Assembly: GCF_001194135.2 (NCBI RefSeq) | Contig: NC_068992.1 | Coordinates: 31,263,261-31,326,340, forward strand | From: Octopus bimaculoides | Taxonomy: Eukaryota | Length of the DNA: 63,080 nucleotides | Direction of reading: 5' to 3' | Part shown: one piece after another, positions 1 to 13,282 of the stretch | Layout: the number at the start of each line of letters is the position of its first letter | Numbering within the stretch: position 1 is the stretch's first letter | The notes under the pieces: generated by a model | The model's input: the letters and a program-made list of their open reading frames with translations, nothing else | What the model was told of the DNA's origin: nothing | Databases searched by the model: none | Position numbers and translations under genes: made by a program

Positions 1-267
1 CACACAGACAGACCGACACGCACACAGACAGACAGACACATTCTCATCTTTATATATATAAATAGATAGATGCATAGATGCAAAGATAGATAGATATACA
101 CATGTGCATACGGTAAAGTGTACCTTATTTAAAAGAGTCCCGTCTACTAGAAGTGGATACACACTGAGCTATAGACAGTAGGAACGGTCTCATTTCATTG
201 GATATAGGGAATATGCATACCAAACACCTCTATATATGACTACAGCGTAACATTTTATGGGTTTTAT

Positions 268-480
268 GGAGGCAAGCTGGCAGAATCATAAGCACGCGTA
301 GCAAAATACTTAGCAGCATTTCATACATCTTTACATTTTGAATTGAAATCAAATTCCACCCTGGTCGACATTGCCATCCACCTAACCGAGAGGAATATAA
401 TTAGTATCTGTTGAACATTGCGGTCGTGGTAATCGACTTATCCTTACCCCAAATTTGCTGGTCTTCTGCCAAAAGTGGAA
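268..480 (+). mobile_element. SINE family A (decayed copy)
   Basis: 'ggcaagctggcagaatcataagcacg...caaattccaccctggtcgacattgcc' matches other copies in this window (reverse-strand copies at 10575-10705, 23470-23690, 34290-34445). Confidence 0.65.
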
Positions 481-1005
481 ATTATTGTTTGCCCAAATAT
501 TGAAAATGGCATTTAGCACCTCATTATCTCGATTAATTTTCGAGCTATAAGGCAGGATGTATTATTAAATCAATAGCTCGGTCAACTGCATGGTGTACCC
601 CATTAATTATGATAGATGTGGAAATAATTTCATATTGCATATTGCTGAGATAATGTCATTATCTTTTGCAAACGTAATATGAAAACAAATTCACGAAGTC
701 ATTTTTTGAGGTAGACATGTAAACAATACCTACATAATGATTTCCGCCAATTACTATCAAATAACAGTAACTACTAAGCAAAATTATTTATTCATTTTCA
801 CGCCCTGTTGTGCTCGATACTCTTAACATTTATTTTATATTTAACTGTTCTAAAGAATCTCAAATTACGACCATCGCTGACTTATGACATATATATCGTT
901 TTATTGCGTGAGTTTTATCGAATTGAAACACACGCACATACACACACACACAAACACACACACACTTTCTCTGAGTACATATATTCGTGTTTGTGTGTGT
1001 ATGAG

Positions 1006-1047
<42 letters not shown>

Positions 1048-1624
1048 ACGAAGATATTAGAAGCTACGTGAGTATATACGTATATGTCTATATATTTATA
1101 TATGCATTGTGCAAAATTATTCTTATTTGATTGTCGTTTATTAACTATATTTATTAACGATATATTTTAATACAAGCTTTCACAGTTGAATGTTTTTTTT
1201 TTCTGCTAATCATTTTTACAGATTTATGTAACATTTTTCTTAATGTATTTATATTGCCATGTATTAATATCGCGTATTGATGAAAGATTAAATAGTTGTG
1301 TGTGCGTGGGTGTTTGTGCATAAGAATATATGTACTTATTTATATGGCTATGTATGAATATACATAAATACGCATATATATAAACGTATGGGTAAATGTG
1401 TGTGGGTACCTGTATGCGACGTTTGGATGAAACGAAGGTTTGTTCAAGTGTATATATTTTTTATATAGTGTGTAATATACGTTTGTATATTGATATATTT
1501 CTATGTGTGCACGTGTATACATATATGTGTTCACATACACGCATTTTAATTGTGAAGTTATGATAAACAAGAGAGATGAAATCAATATTTATAACAAAAT
1601 TGTAGTCCTGTTACTTTTGTAACT

Positions 1625-1925
1625 TATATTTCTTACAGTTTTACGTACCGAGTTCAAATTCTAAACGCTTTTGCCTTCCATCATAAGGGTAGTCGATATA
1701 ATGATATCACGTTTATGACTGGTGATGATTTAATAGGTTTAACTCTTCGTAAGATAGAAATAATTATCAGTGCTAGTGTTATGTGAATGCAGCGAGGTGA
1801 AAGATTCGCTAGCACGCTGAGGTCGAATTGCCTCTCATTTTTCGAGGTCAATTAAATAAGTACCAGTTACGCACTGATGTCCCCATCAAATATCAAGTGT
1901 TTATAGTGGAAATAATTATTATTAG
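1625..1925 (+). mobile_element. SINE family A fragments (two deleted pieces)
   Basis: 'gagttcaaattc...ttttgccttccatc' and 'gctagcacgctgaggtcgaattgcctctc...aataagtaccagttacgcactg' match family A body segments. Confidence 0.55.
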
Positions 1926-2078
1926 TATTTTGCTTCTGACAGATAGCATTCTTATTTTAATCTCCTACACGAACTTGCATAGGAAAATATTTCTAAAAGT
2001 ATATTTAAAAAAAAATATTCTACAGTGTAAATATATTTAACTTTTGAATAGACTCTTACTGTTCACATGACACTTAAG

Positions 2079-2079
2079 A

Positions 2080-2136
<57 letters not shown>

Positions 2137-2180
2137 GACTGTCTGTCTGTCTGTCAGTCTGCCTGTCTGTCTGTCTGTCT
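2079..2180. repeat. (TATC)n/(TGTC)n compound microsatellite
   Basis: Direct reading of the sequence. Confidence 0.95.
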
Positions 2181-2669
2181 CATAGATAGATATAAATTTG
2201 AAGCTCAATCCGACAATATTTACTAACATTTTAGCCTGTAAAGCTGCTTGTGAGACAACGTCGCCCTTTCACAAATATGTAGTAGACTTACAGAGATTTC
2301 CCGCCTTGCTCGGGGGTAAAAAGACAGTTTTTCATTGTTTTACCTGTTTGGTTATTATAACCCAATTTCATTTTCTTCTCTCTCCCTTTCTCTCTCTCTC
2401 TCTNNNNNNNNNNNNNNNNNNNNNNNNNNNNNNNNNNNNNNNNNNNNNNNNNNNNNNNNNNNNNNNNNNNNNNNNNNNNNNNNNNNNNNNNNNNNNNNNN
2501 NNNNNNNNNNNNNNNNNNNNNNNNNNNNNNNNNNNNNNNNNNNNNNNNNNNNNNNNNNNNNNNNNNNNNNNNNNNNNNNNNNNNNNNNNNNNNNNNNNNN
2601 NNNNNNNNNNNNNNNNNNNNNNNNNNNNNNNNNNNNNNNNNNNNNNNNNNNNNNNNNNNNNNNNNNNNN

Positions 2670-2700
<31 letters not shown>

Positions 2701-2710
2701 TATACACACA

Positions 2711-3600
2711 TAGGGCGCGATGTGCAAATTTTCACCATTTAAATGTTTTTAATTTTGCACATACGCATTGTTTGCTTTTTGATTTTGTCGACTACACAGT
2801 ATAGTAGTGTCAGTTGTGCATAAAACTGTGATAAAACAGCACTATGTCGCAAATCACTCTACCAAAAGTTTGGAAACGACACGCCGTACTGTTTGCCAAT
2901 CGCGCTGGAAGCGCCAATCAGAACGTTTCAGAATGTTTGTGTGTCAATCTGAGAACAGTTCAATCCCAGGCTATGTACCGGGAATGATGAAAATCACACA
3001 GCCGGTCAACATCATGATGTTTGGAGTAATCATTGGTGATGGCGACGTTATGCCTAAATTCGTCTGTCCAAACGCCCTCACACTCAACTCGGAGGACTAC
3101 ATCAAGTGTCTGCATGATGTAGTGCTGCCCTGGGGAAATTTGGTGACCGCTGTAAGACCCTATGTCTGGCAAGAGGAATCTGCACCATGTCACGGAAGCA
3201 GGAGAACCCAGTCATGGCTGTCAGACAATTTCTGCGACCACATCACCCCTAACATCTGGCAACCTCACTCCCCACACTGCAACCCCCTTGGTTATTATCT
3301 GTAGGGTGCAATTGAGCTATAGACCACAAAACGTCTTGTAACACCACAGACGAACTGAAGGCAAAGATTATGGCAGCAATCACCCACTATACAAGGAGAC
3401 CCTCCACAAGAGTTTCACGTGATTCCGAAGACGCCTGGAGTCCTTGATTGAAGCCAATAGCAATTTTGTTGAATAAATATACTCGATAGTATTGAAAGAT
3501 AAATCTATGCAATGTTTTGTAAATATAGTTGTTAGAATAAGATGTCAATGCTATTTCCATTTTTGCGTAATATAGACGACAATTTATCCGCCGCACCCTC
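2711..3600 (+). mobile_element. Tc1/mariner superfamily, DD37D (maT-type) transposon relic, internally deleted
   Basis: ORF 2807-3304 contains VWQEESAPCH...WQPHSPHCNPLGYYL, i.e. the QDSAPCH/SPDxNPLDY motifs with 37 residues between the 2nd and 3rd catalytic positions (now E and G). Imperfect TIRs: agggcgcgatgtgcaaattttcacc (2712-) vs revcomp of gacgacaatttatccgccgcaccct (-3599). Confidence 0.85.
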
Positions 3601-4250
3601 TGTGTGCGGGCTCGCGCGCACGCGCGTGTGTGTTCAGACGCACACATGCTTGTTGTTGCGTGATTGCATTTATATGTAACACATCTGTAATAAAATTTCT
3701 CTTCAAGGATACGTCTAAAAGGGACCAGTTGAAATTTTGAATATGCAACATGTAAATTCACATGCATTTAGCTGCAATTATAAAATGCCGAGCAATAATT
3801 AATTAATACGTGCAGATTTTCATTATCCATATCACAATCCAACAATCAAAGTAATCATGTAGTCATGACAATTGCGTAAATCTGTCCACATTTCACATAT
3901 GTATCATACGGATCAAGTTTACTTGCATACCCAATTGATTATAATAGCATTTTGATAGCTTTTTATAAATCATAATCAAAATCATACTACACATGTACAC
4001 ATCTGTCTGTGTGCGCGCGTATGCATGTATGCGTATGCGTGCATGTGCGTGTGTGTTTGCGTGCCTGTGAGTGTTGTGTGTGTACGTATGTATGTGTGCA
4101 TTTATGTATGTATGTATGCATTTATGTATGCATGTTTGTATGTATGTGTATATGTATGTATGAGTGTGTGTCTTTGAACTTAGATTGGTAGATACAAAGA
4201 TTCTTAGGAATTATTTTAAGACTATCATTAATGATTTGTTCTCTCTTCAG

Positions 4251-4358
4251 CTGACAGTAACTTCAAACGTGGTCAATGAAGCAGTCACATCTGAACTAAA
4301 GAATGATGAAAAAGATTTTCACAGATTTTTTTCCGGCTTTTATGAGAATAAACTATGA
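4251..4358 (+). other. Weak candidate terminal coding exon
   Basis: Acceptor 'gatttgttctctcttcag|' followed by phase-0 frame LTVTSNVVNEAVTSELKNDEKDFHRFFSGFYENKL*. No recognisable homology. Confidence 0.15.
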
Positions 4359-4544
4359 TGATTATGATTAACATGAACAATTATTAGGCTGTCTAGTCTC
4401 TTACCGATCTATTTTAAAGGAAATTAGTGGAATGTGGTCAACATTTTAGCACGACAGGAGACCGACACCTATCTGTTTATAGACATAATGTTGGATGTAT
4501 AGATTTATTATCGCCATGCATTTTCACTCACATGTACTACATGA

Positions 4545-4678
4545 TTCTTTCAGTTTCTGTCTGCCAAATTTACTCACAGGGCTTTGGTCAGCTGGAAGTT
4601 ACGCAGACAAGGTACCACACAGCAAGATTGAATCTGGAGCCATGTGATTGGGAAGCACACGGCCATGCCTGCGCCTAA
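4545..4678 (-). mobile_element. tRNA-derived SINE family B head
   Basis: Revcomp reads ggcgcaggcatggccgtgtgcttcccaatcacatggctccagattcaatc...; homologous to + copies at 29947, 43175 and 60092. Confidence 0.7.
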
Positions 4679-4970
4679 GATTTATTGACCTTAGACTAAT
4701 GCAATTTCAGTGAAAGATAGAGAAGATAAATGCAGTGAAGTCGAAACAAAATCGAAAACAAACATTCAAATGATCAGAAAAATAAACTACTTTATATAAG
4801 AGGTTTCTCAGAGAAATTGATTCGAAAGAAATTATGTGTACAGTAGTAGTATGGGGGCATGGGCGGTAAAACTATATCCTTACAACTAGTAATAATATGG
4901 ACATGCATGTGTGTGTGTGTATGTGTGTGTGTGTGTGTATAAAGGGTAAAATTTATTAAAAGTAATAATT

Positions 4971-5613
4971 TATACTAGTGGTCAGCATGTTTAAAAATTG
5001 TCCGTAGGCCATAAGTATTTTCATAATATATATAAATGTGTACAAAATTATACACGGAGGGAAGAGCCACTGGGTAGGCTTCCTACATGCTGAAAAGAGA
5101 TTTCAAATCTCCAAACCACGAAAAATATTTCTTATTTCTGCACGTTGAATGTAGGCGATCAAGACAATTTGAAAGGATTAAAAAGGCTAGTTTTTTTTTA
5201 AACTTCCGACGTTTCACCATTAATGATTTAATTACTTAATTAACTAATTAATTAATTACTTAATCAATCACTTGTGAACCTTCAGTAATAACTGCTAGAG
5301 ACATATAATTAAAACTCGAATATATACCGTATCAAAAAGGAGACACGTGCATATCGAGTAATTAAGTTTATACATCGTGAATTCAACAAAAATGTCCTCA
5401 AAGAACGCACCAAGCCAGAATCATCCACAGATGATTGATTCAACGTGCATATATTTGAAATTTTTTTGTGGTTGAGGATTTGACATCTCTTTTCAGCATG
5501 TATGAAGCCAACCTAGAGGTTCTTCCCTTCGTTTATAATTTTATACAGATTAATGTATTATAGAAATATTTATGGTCTACGGACCTTTTTTACACATGCT
5601 CACCACTGGTATA
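4971..5613. mobile_element. Long-TIR MITE / foldback-like non-autonomous DNA transposon
   Basis: ~170-bp terminal inverted repeats (tatactagtggtcagcatgtttaaaaattgtccgtaggccataagtattt vs revcomp tataccagtggtgagcatgtgtaaaaaaggtccgtagaccataaatattt). TA at both ends; non-coding core. Confidence 0.8.
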
Positions 5614-5711
5614 ATTATTATCTTAAATCATTTCTACACTTTATATTTATATCTAAATATTTTAATTCTTGGGTCACATATTTCACTCCTAAATTTTATT
5701 CACTGTACTTT

Positions 5712-6122
5712 ATTGTGGTTTGGTGCGATGTTTGAGGATATTTGAGTTGAATTTACGATATATAACGATAAATAAACGATATGCACGTGTCTCCTTTATG
5801 ATATGGTATGTATTCGAGTTTTATAAATATATGTCCCCAGCAGTTTCGTTTGACGATCCATAGACGTTTAATTCATTGACAGATTAATTAATTGATTACT
5901 AAATTAATTAATATATCTATTTGATAATTAATGGTGCAACATCGAATTATAGAAATGACTAGCCTTTTTAATTCTTTCAAATTGTCCTGCTCGCCAACAT
6001 TCAACGTGCATAAACAAGAATGTCTGCTCGTCGTTTGAGGGTTTCACATCTTGTTCAGCATGTAAGAAGCCGACCTAGTGTTTATTCCCATCGTGAATAA
6101 TTTTATACACATTTATATACAA
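5712..6122. mobile_element. Second, truncated copy of the same MITE in opposite orientation
   Basis: Reverse complement of ~5030-5410 (e.g. gatatgcacgtgtctcctt vs aaggagacacgtgcatatc; ttcagcatgtaagaagcc). Confidence 0.75.
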
Positions 6123-6466
6123 TGCGTCCTACCCTAACCCTTCAAAACGCTTAGTTTAGAATAGGGGCAGCTGATGAAGGAAATGTTCTCTATGTGGCCT
6201 GCTTTTTTTCTGTGTTCTGTTTATGGTCTGTTTTTGATTTTGTCCACGTTTTTCTGTGACGCCCTGTACACAGATATCCATCTATATATACATGTAGATG
6301 TAGGTATGTACATACATGTATGTATATATGCATATACTCACATATTATTCGTATTATATATATATATATATATATATATATNNNNNNNNNNNNNNNNNNN
6401 NNNNNNNNNNNNNNNNNNNNNNNNNNNNNNNNNNNNNNNNNNNNNNNNNNNNNNNNNNNNNNNNNN

Positions 6467-6505
<39 letters not shown>

Positions 6506-6599
6506 GCTTCCTTTCTCTTTAGATATATATATATCCTTGAACATAATTATGAACCAGGTAAAGCAAACATTCCTTTTGTCCTATTTTTCAGGTAATGTC

Positions 6600-8900
6600 C
6601 TATTGATAACTAGCAGAGGGTAATATGTGTTGAAAAGATCTCTATATAAAACGCTTCTTGGCGGTACAGGGGCTTAATCGTTGTATTTGTTCCAATGATG
6701 GGTTCTCCAAAATTTAAATGGCAAGAAATTTGGGATGCTTAAGAAAAGCTATTTAAACAACTATCAAAAGGTATAATGAAACTATTTTTTTCAAAACCTG
6801 TAAAGGACGAGATCGCAAAATGTGTACAACCAAGAGGGAAGGCAGGTTGCTTTCTACACATTGTGATTGAATCTTCCATGTACCTCCTTGCGACAACATA
6901 GACTTTCATTTAATCAAGATATTCTTGGTCTGCGATATACACCTGCCTTGTATATTTAACATTGCCAATGTTCGGTTGGCTATGAAGTATAGGTAGCTCG
7001 GATCTTATCTTCTTCACTCCTTAACTCGTGTATTCTTATTAACATACTCAACAACTCTAGTTACCTACCATGAAATAGAAAGTCTATAAGAGCTCTTTTC
7101 AATTTACAGTTCTAAAAGAAAAACATCCACAACCATCCTTTTCAATAAACCATAATTGTCCCCGAAAATTGATTTTTAATATTTGCTATGGCTTGCCTGA
7201 AGTTAAATTTCTTCCTGCATCTCGATCCTTGGATCCTTTTCAGTTTAAGAACTGAACATATCTATATCGTATTTTTGTGAATGCCTCATTGGTCCTTTAG
7301 TCTACTGGTTTATTAACAAAATATTCATTTCTATGGCATAATAGTATTGGACATATTAACTATTTTTTATGTCATACAGGAGCAAAAATGTGGCACACCT
7401 GCACATTGATGCTTTTAATGATAAAGCTATTCAATAAGGGTTCACTCAAGCTACAGAATTTTATAGGACAGAAATAAATCTTCCAGTTTATTTTACAAGA
7501 CTGTTGTTCTCAATTCTTAGTTCAGGTAAAATACTTGCGTAGATTATTTGTGTAGAATTTTCTCTCATCGAAATTAATTTAGGCAATTTGGTAATTTCCA
7601 TTTTGTGGAATGAGGTTTTAAAAAGTGAAAGTCATTCTCGATTAGACTGGAAACAGGTGTACGTTTAGGATTTCAAAATGACGTTCTATAAATAGAATAA
7701 TCAAAGACTACAATATGTGGGAAACGCTAGAGTCCTATAATGGAACGAAATTTCTCCGTCTTTACGCAATTATATTGAAATTCATCAAGTTATAAATATA
7801 ATTATATTTAGGAAGTTTAACAGTTCATAAATTTCCTTCTTTAACCATAGAATATTTCTAGAACGTAAATCCTTCTTCAGTTAAAGTTGATTTCAGGTTT
7901 AAATAAATTTTCGTGATTTGTTAAATTTTCATTTCTTTACTTCAGTTGTTATATCGAAAGATTTTGAAGAAATAAATGAATTTTTAAAATTGATATAAGA
8001 TCAATTTTATAAGATATATTTTCTTCATTGTTACAACGGCTCCTCCACTGTATGATTTATTAATTTATGAAATTATTCTGTAGCCATTTTGTTGTTTCTT
8101 TTTTAACGCGGAATATTCAACGATTTAGTGGTAAATGTGTTCGCTGATATTTTCAGACATGCTGTATAACTACTTAAATATATATACATTTTCTTCGGAG
8201 ATTTCAACAACTTTTTTGTTTCTAAGTTAATGGAAACATTTATTTCCATCTTTCTTTTGACAAGTAACTCCTGTTCACAAATTTTCTATGGCATTCTGCT
8301 TTAATTTTTATAAATTCATTCGTGTCAAGCAAATTGAAATGTATATTCCACAAGATTTATGCCATTTAGTATAAATCTCATTCGGATAAATTTAATATTT
8401 CCAGATCAGTCGGTAGATAATTTAGTTGAATATATATCTTGAAGGCATGTTGTTTCCGTTGTGATTGCACTACATACATCTTTTAGATAGTTCTTATTTT
8501 GGAAAGTTCCCCCATATGAATATCAACATCTTTTAAAATATACTTTAACTTGTTTCTTGATTTACATTATAATTGAATATATAGTACATAGTTTATTAAT
8601 ACTTTTAAAGTAATGGATATTTTAAATCAGAGTTGCATTGTATTCCACTTTAGCTTCGTTCCACTATATATATATATATATATATATCTGCTGATGACAA
8701 TTTCTTGATTTTCCGATAATTTTCTCCATATATATTATGCTTGTTTCAATTACTAATTTCTTAATTTGTTTTCATACATAGATGCACATATTTTGGGGAT
8801 CCAGTATTGTTTCCACTTTGATTGTAACAGTTTTTCTAGTCCTTTGATTGTATCGTTAGATAATTATTGTTGCATTATGCTGTAACTTAGCGCGAATATT
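6600..8900 (-). pseudogene. Possible highly decayed non-LTR (CR1/L2/Jockey-like) RT remnant
   Basis: Scattered minus-strand motifs only (NCVKTEKFRS resembling xCLKTGKFPS; KRTPVSSLI resembling YRPISLL), with many stops and frameshifts. Confidence 0.25.
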
Positions 8901-9158
8901 TTCTTTTTAATTTAGTCACACGGCGAAGGAGGAGCATCGCTTCTAAAGAATGTTGTGAAGTGTAACTCACCTACCGACTTTTTGTTTACTTTATCAGTAC
9001 TAAAAGTACTTATTTAAATGGAATTTGTTTGGAAATATAGCCTGATCTAACATTTATTATCTTTGCTATTAAACTACGAACTACAATTTCGTATGTGCAT
9101 TCTATAATGCTTTCGGAAGAAAGAGTGAGAGAAAGTTGGGGTGAAAGAGTATAATAGG

Positions 9159-9296
9159 GGTCACCACCACTCCGTGCCTCGTGGAGTTTAGGTGTTTTCG
9201 CTCAATAAACAACAACAACGCCCGATCTGGGCATCGAAACCGCGATCCTCCAACCGCGAGTCCGCTGACCTAACCACTGGACCATTGCGCCTCCAC
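9159..9296 (-). mobile_element. tRNA-derived SINE family C
   Basis: Revcomp ggaggcgcaatggtccagtggttaggtcagcggactcgcggttggaggatcgcggtttcgatgcccag has A-box and B-box-like motifs and a tRNA-like head. Confidence 0.8.
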
Positions 9297-9380
9297 TATA
9301 TAATAATAATAATATTAATAATAATAATAATAATTATTATTATTATTATTATTATCATTATTATTATTATTATTATTATT

Positions 9381-10490
9381 GTTCAGTAGTTTTATTTTTA
9401 TAACGTGCTTTTACTTCACTACCGAGCGCAGCTCTGTGAGCCTTGGGTATGTGCTGTGGTTTGCTGTGGTGCTCTTATGTTTACTGTATTGAAAGTGTTT
9501 TGCGTAGAATGTGTGCAGTACCCAGTAGTGCAATTTTCTGTATGTTATATATNNNNNNNNNNNNNNNNNNNNNNNNNNNNNNNNNNNNNNNNNNNNNNNN
9601 NNNNNNNNNNNNNNNNNNNNNNNNNNNNNNNNNNNNNNNNNNNNNNNNNNNNNNNNNNNNNNNNNNNNNNNNNNNNNNNNNNNNNNNNNNNNNNNNNNNN
9701 NNNNNNNNNNNNNNNNNNNNNNNNNNNNNNNNNNNNNNNNNNNNNNNNNNNNNNNNNNNNNNNNNNNNNNNNNNNNNNNNNNNNNNNNNNNNNNNNNNNN
9801 NNNNNNNNNNNNNNNNNNNNNNNNNNNNNNNNNNNNNNNNNNNNNNNNNNNNNNNNNNNNNNNNNNNNNNNNNNNNNNNNNNNNNNNNNNNNNNNNNNNN
9901 NNNNNNNNNNNNNNNNNNNNNNNNNNNNNNNNNNNNNNNNNNNNNNNNNNNNNNNNNNNNNNNNNNNNNNNNNNNNNNNNNNNNNNNNNNNNNNNNNNNN
10001 NNNNNNNNNNNNNNNNNNNNNNNNNNNNNNNNNNNNNNNNNNNNNNNNNNNNNNNNNNNNNNNNNNNNNNNNNNNNNNNNNNNNNNNNNNNNNNNNNNNN
10101 NNNNNNNNNNNNNNNNNNNNNNNNNNNNNNNNNNNNNNNNNNNNNNNNNNNNNNNNNNNNNNNNNNNNNNNNNNNNNNNNNNNNNNNNNNNNNNNNNNNN
10201 NNNNNNNNNNNNNNNNNNNNNNNNNNNNNNNNNNNTTCTTGTCGATCTCCACATATTCTACAGTTACTTGTTATATTTCTTTTCATTATGTGTTTTTGGT
10301 AATTTCTGGTGGGGAGGCTCTGGTCTTGTGCAGCAATTAAAAATCCTTCAGTCTCTGCTTTGAGTCCTGAGCTTCTCAGCCATTGCTGGGATTTTTCTCT
10401 GTCTATTTCTTTCGCATTTAGTTTAGACCAGTATTTACCATGTAGTGGCTTTTCTTGCCATCGTTTTATCATGGTCCGTTGCTGTTCTAG

Positions 10491-10496
<6 letters not shown>
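9381..10496 (-). mobile_element. R4/Dong-type RLE LINE, 5'-truncated, gap inside
   Basis: KPLHGKYW...QWLRSSGLKAETEGFLIAAQDQSLPTRNY...CRICGD and C-terminal IQKIALLGTAHILRKTLSIQ*. (TTA)n arrays on both sides. Confidence 0.9.
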
Positions 10497-10560
<64 letters not shown>

Positions 10561-10574
10561 CATTATATCGCCCC

Positions 10575-10705
10575 TAGCATTCGTTTGGTACTTATGTTTA
10601 TTAACCCCAAAATGATGAATGTCAAACTTAACACCGGGGAATTTGAACGAAGAACATGAAGACGGACGAAATGCCGTTAACAATTCTACCCGGCATGCTC
10701 ATGAT
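10575..10705 (-). mobile_element. SINE family A
   Basis: ggtacttatgtttattaacccc...ggggaatttgaac...gacggacgaaatgccg is the reverse complement of the family A body. Confidence 0.65.
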
Positions 10706-10709
10706 TAAT

Positions 10710-10730
10710 AACAAGAAGAAGAACAACAAG

Positions 10731-10767
<37 letters not shown>

Positions 10768-10780
10768 GCAGCAATAGCAA
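10710..10780. repeat. (AAC)n/(AAG)n microsatellite
   Basis: Direct reading. Confidence 0.95.
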
Positions 10781-13198
10781 CATATTTATTGTAAAGTCTA
10801 TGAAATTCGTTTTTCTCCTACTCATGAGGATATTCTCACTGGCAACCTTATCACACTGATCATTCTTATTCTTATTGAATTTTATCGCAGTTCTATAAAT
10901 ATTATTTTCACTGTCTCTGAATTTTCTCCATTAAGAAACGATATCTATTTATATTCTTCATGTAATTTTGTTAGTTTAACCAATGCATATATCCTATATT
11001 TATAATACAAATTTCATATCAATATTTTAGATAAAGCTGATTCAGTATTCGAAATATATACTATCAACTTTATAGGCGGCCACCAAGTCAATTCAAAATC
11101 CTGTATGATTTATTTTAATCTACTAGAAATTGCAGCCAGTTATAAAGCAATAGATACAAAATAGTCTCATATAGATTATACAGAGAATGACACATTTTAT
11201 AAGGAAAGTTAGGTTATTGTCGTCGTCGCGTTGTTTGTGTTTGAGCAAGAATTGCCATTGTTAAAATACGTTGCTTTCATAAGTATAACAAAATGACTTC
11301 TAGATCAGGAAGGATAGTCTCTCAATAAAATATCTACTCATTTCTTATTCACAGGAATTGATTTGTGAGGAAGAGAATTAATTACATCAAGTGTTACTTA
11401 TTGCTTCTAGGGTCCGATGTATGTGCATGATTAAATGAGAATATTTATCGAATGATCGTTGTTTGTGTACGTCATATTCTCTCTGTGTTCGTTTCATTGA
11501 ATATGCATAAAAAATAATTCTTACATAATGCTCATTTACTCTAAACAAGCACACGCATTGGGAAATACTTGCAAAGATAAACACTCTCATAATCTACAAT
11601 GCATGAAGCGTAAGTGTAATTATTCCTCAATAGAAATAAAACTGAAACCGAAATAAGAACATGTTTAATGTGTAATTTCAAAAACACTAAATTTGAAAAG
11701 CATAATCTTTCAAAGGATGTATGAAGTCAGTCGCATCAGTGGCAATCCAGCAACGAAGAGCGAGCGACACCTGGCCTTTGTTTAGATATCTCTCCAGGAG
11801 AAGGAAATAGTGAAATAAAAACAAAACCGCTCGATTTCGAAGCGGGAAAAGTACAAGTTTGTGTTTCTGGATCTATCAGCTGTGTAACGGAGAATCTTAG
11901 AGGTGTTGGGAAAGATACTGAGATTAAATATCATCACGGTCTTTGCTGACAGTCATTTTCTTTAACATCTAATGTGAGATACACCCAGAGCCGATCAAGA
12001 TCCCTCATATCCTGGTCACACCAAACACCAAATAGCTGTCAAAGAAAATCCTACCTGTGCACGAATTGACAGCAACCACACTGATATGTGTGTACAAGTA
12101 CGTGCGTATTTTTGTGCGTGTGTGTTTGCGCCTATAACACTAATATTTTATCGAGATAGTCTCTTGTAATCTGAACTTCGCCGTTAGGTTAGTAGGATCG
12201 TGAGGCAATCTACGACAGAAGAAACCATTCAGTCTGCAAATCTATGTATACGATTTCGATATTGGGGTATATTTGTGAAGGAGAAAAGGAATAAATGAAA
12301 AGATAGGAAAGAGGAAGATAAGACAAAAGAACAGAAAAATTCAGAAGATAATAAAAAGAAAAGTGTGAAGGAAGAGAGCGTTGATTAGAGAAATTACGTA
12401 GGATGAGCGGGTACTAGAATTGTGAATGAATTCAATGGCAAACAAAGACATGAATGACCTTGTGACCAGTCGGGAGTGGGGAATATAGTCAGTGGTTGAG
12501 TATATAAAATTAGAAAAAAAGAAAAAAATAAACAAATAAATGAATCACAAATAAAAAGAAGATGCAAATGAAATGTAGAAGCTGTGATTCTGATTTCGAG
12601 GACTGATTCGTAATTGAAACGTAACCTAGGAGTAGTTAGTGGCACTTCTAGTAGTAGTGATAAAGTTTACAGTACACGTGGAATGAAATGTAGTAAAACA
12701 TTAAAAAATGCAGAAATAAAATGATAAACCAAGGGAAGAAATTACAATGTAGGAAATGGGAAAGTTGGTAAGACTATAAAAATAATAAATAAGTTATCTT
12801 AAAACATAGCAATACTAATTCAATGAATGGAATTTTGATAAGAGTATTGAAAAAAACCGTGAAAATATATTGAAATATATTGAAAAAAATATAATTGAAA
12901 AAATTGTAAAAATTTAAATTGTTATGTTAGTGAACAATATAACAAATTCCAAAAAGAAATATAAAAAGATGGTAAATGCCAAAATAAACAATAGAAGCTA
13001 GGAAAAAAGCAAGATGAAACTAAAAATTTGAAAAACAAATGGATACGACATGTAAAAAAAGGGAAGAGTAATTTAAGTAAGTGAATAATCTGTGATGGCG
13101 ATAATGATGGTATAGGAGATGACTAGAAGGATCTGGATGAGGGGGTATAACGATAATCTTTAAAGGATAGAAGTAAAAACCCAATAGTAATGCAAAAT

Positions 13199-13231
13199 GG
13201 TAGGTAGGTAGGTAGGTAGGTAGGTAGGTAG

Positions 13232-13280
<49 letters not shown>
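13199..13280. repeat. (TAGG)n(TAG)n microsatellite
   Basis: Direct reading. Confidence 0.95.
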
Positions 13281-13282
13281 GT

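Noticed and set aside
9159-9296. tRNA gene on the minus strand
   Set aside because: tRNA-like only at the head and continues into a SINE body.
11720-11950. ~75-codon stop-free + frame (EERATPGLCLDISPGEG..)
   Set aside because: No start codon, no convincing splice sites and no recognisable homology.
12250-13150. Purine/A-rich region that could be coding or a satellite
   Set aside because: Low complexity with no periodic unit or open frame.
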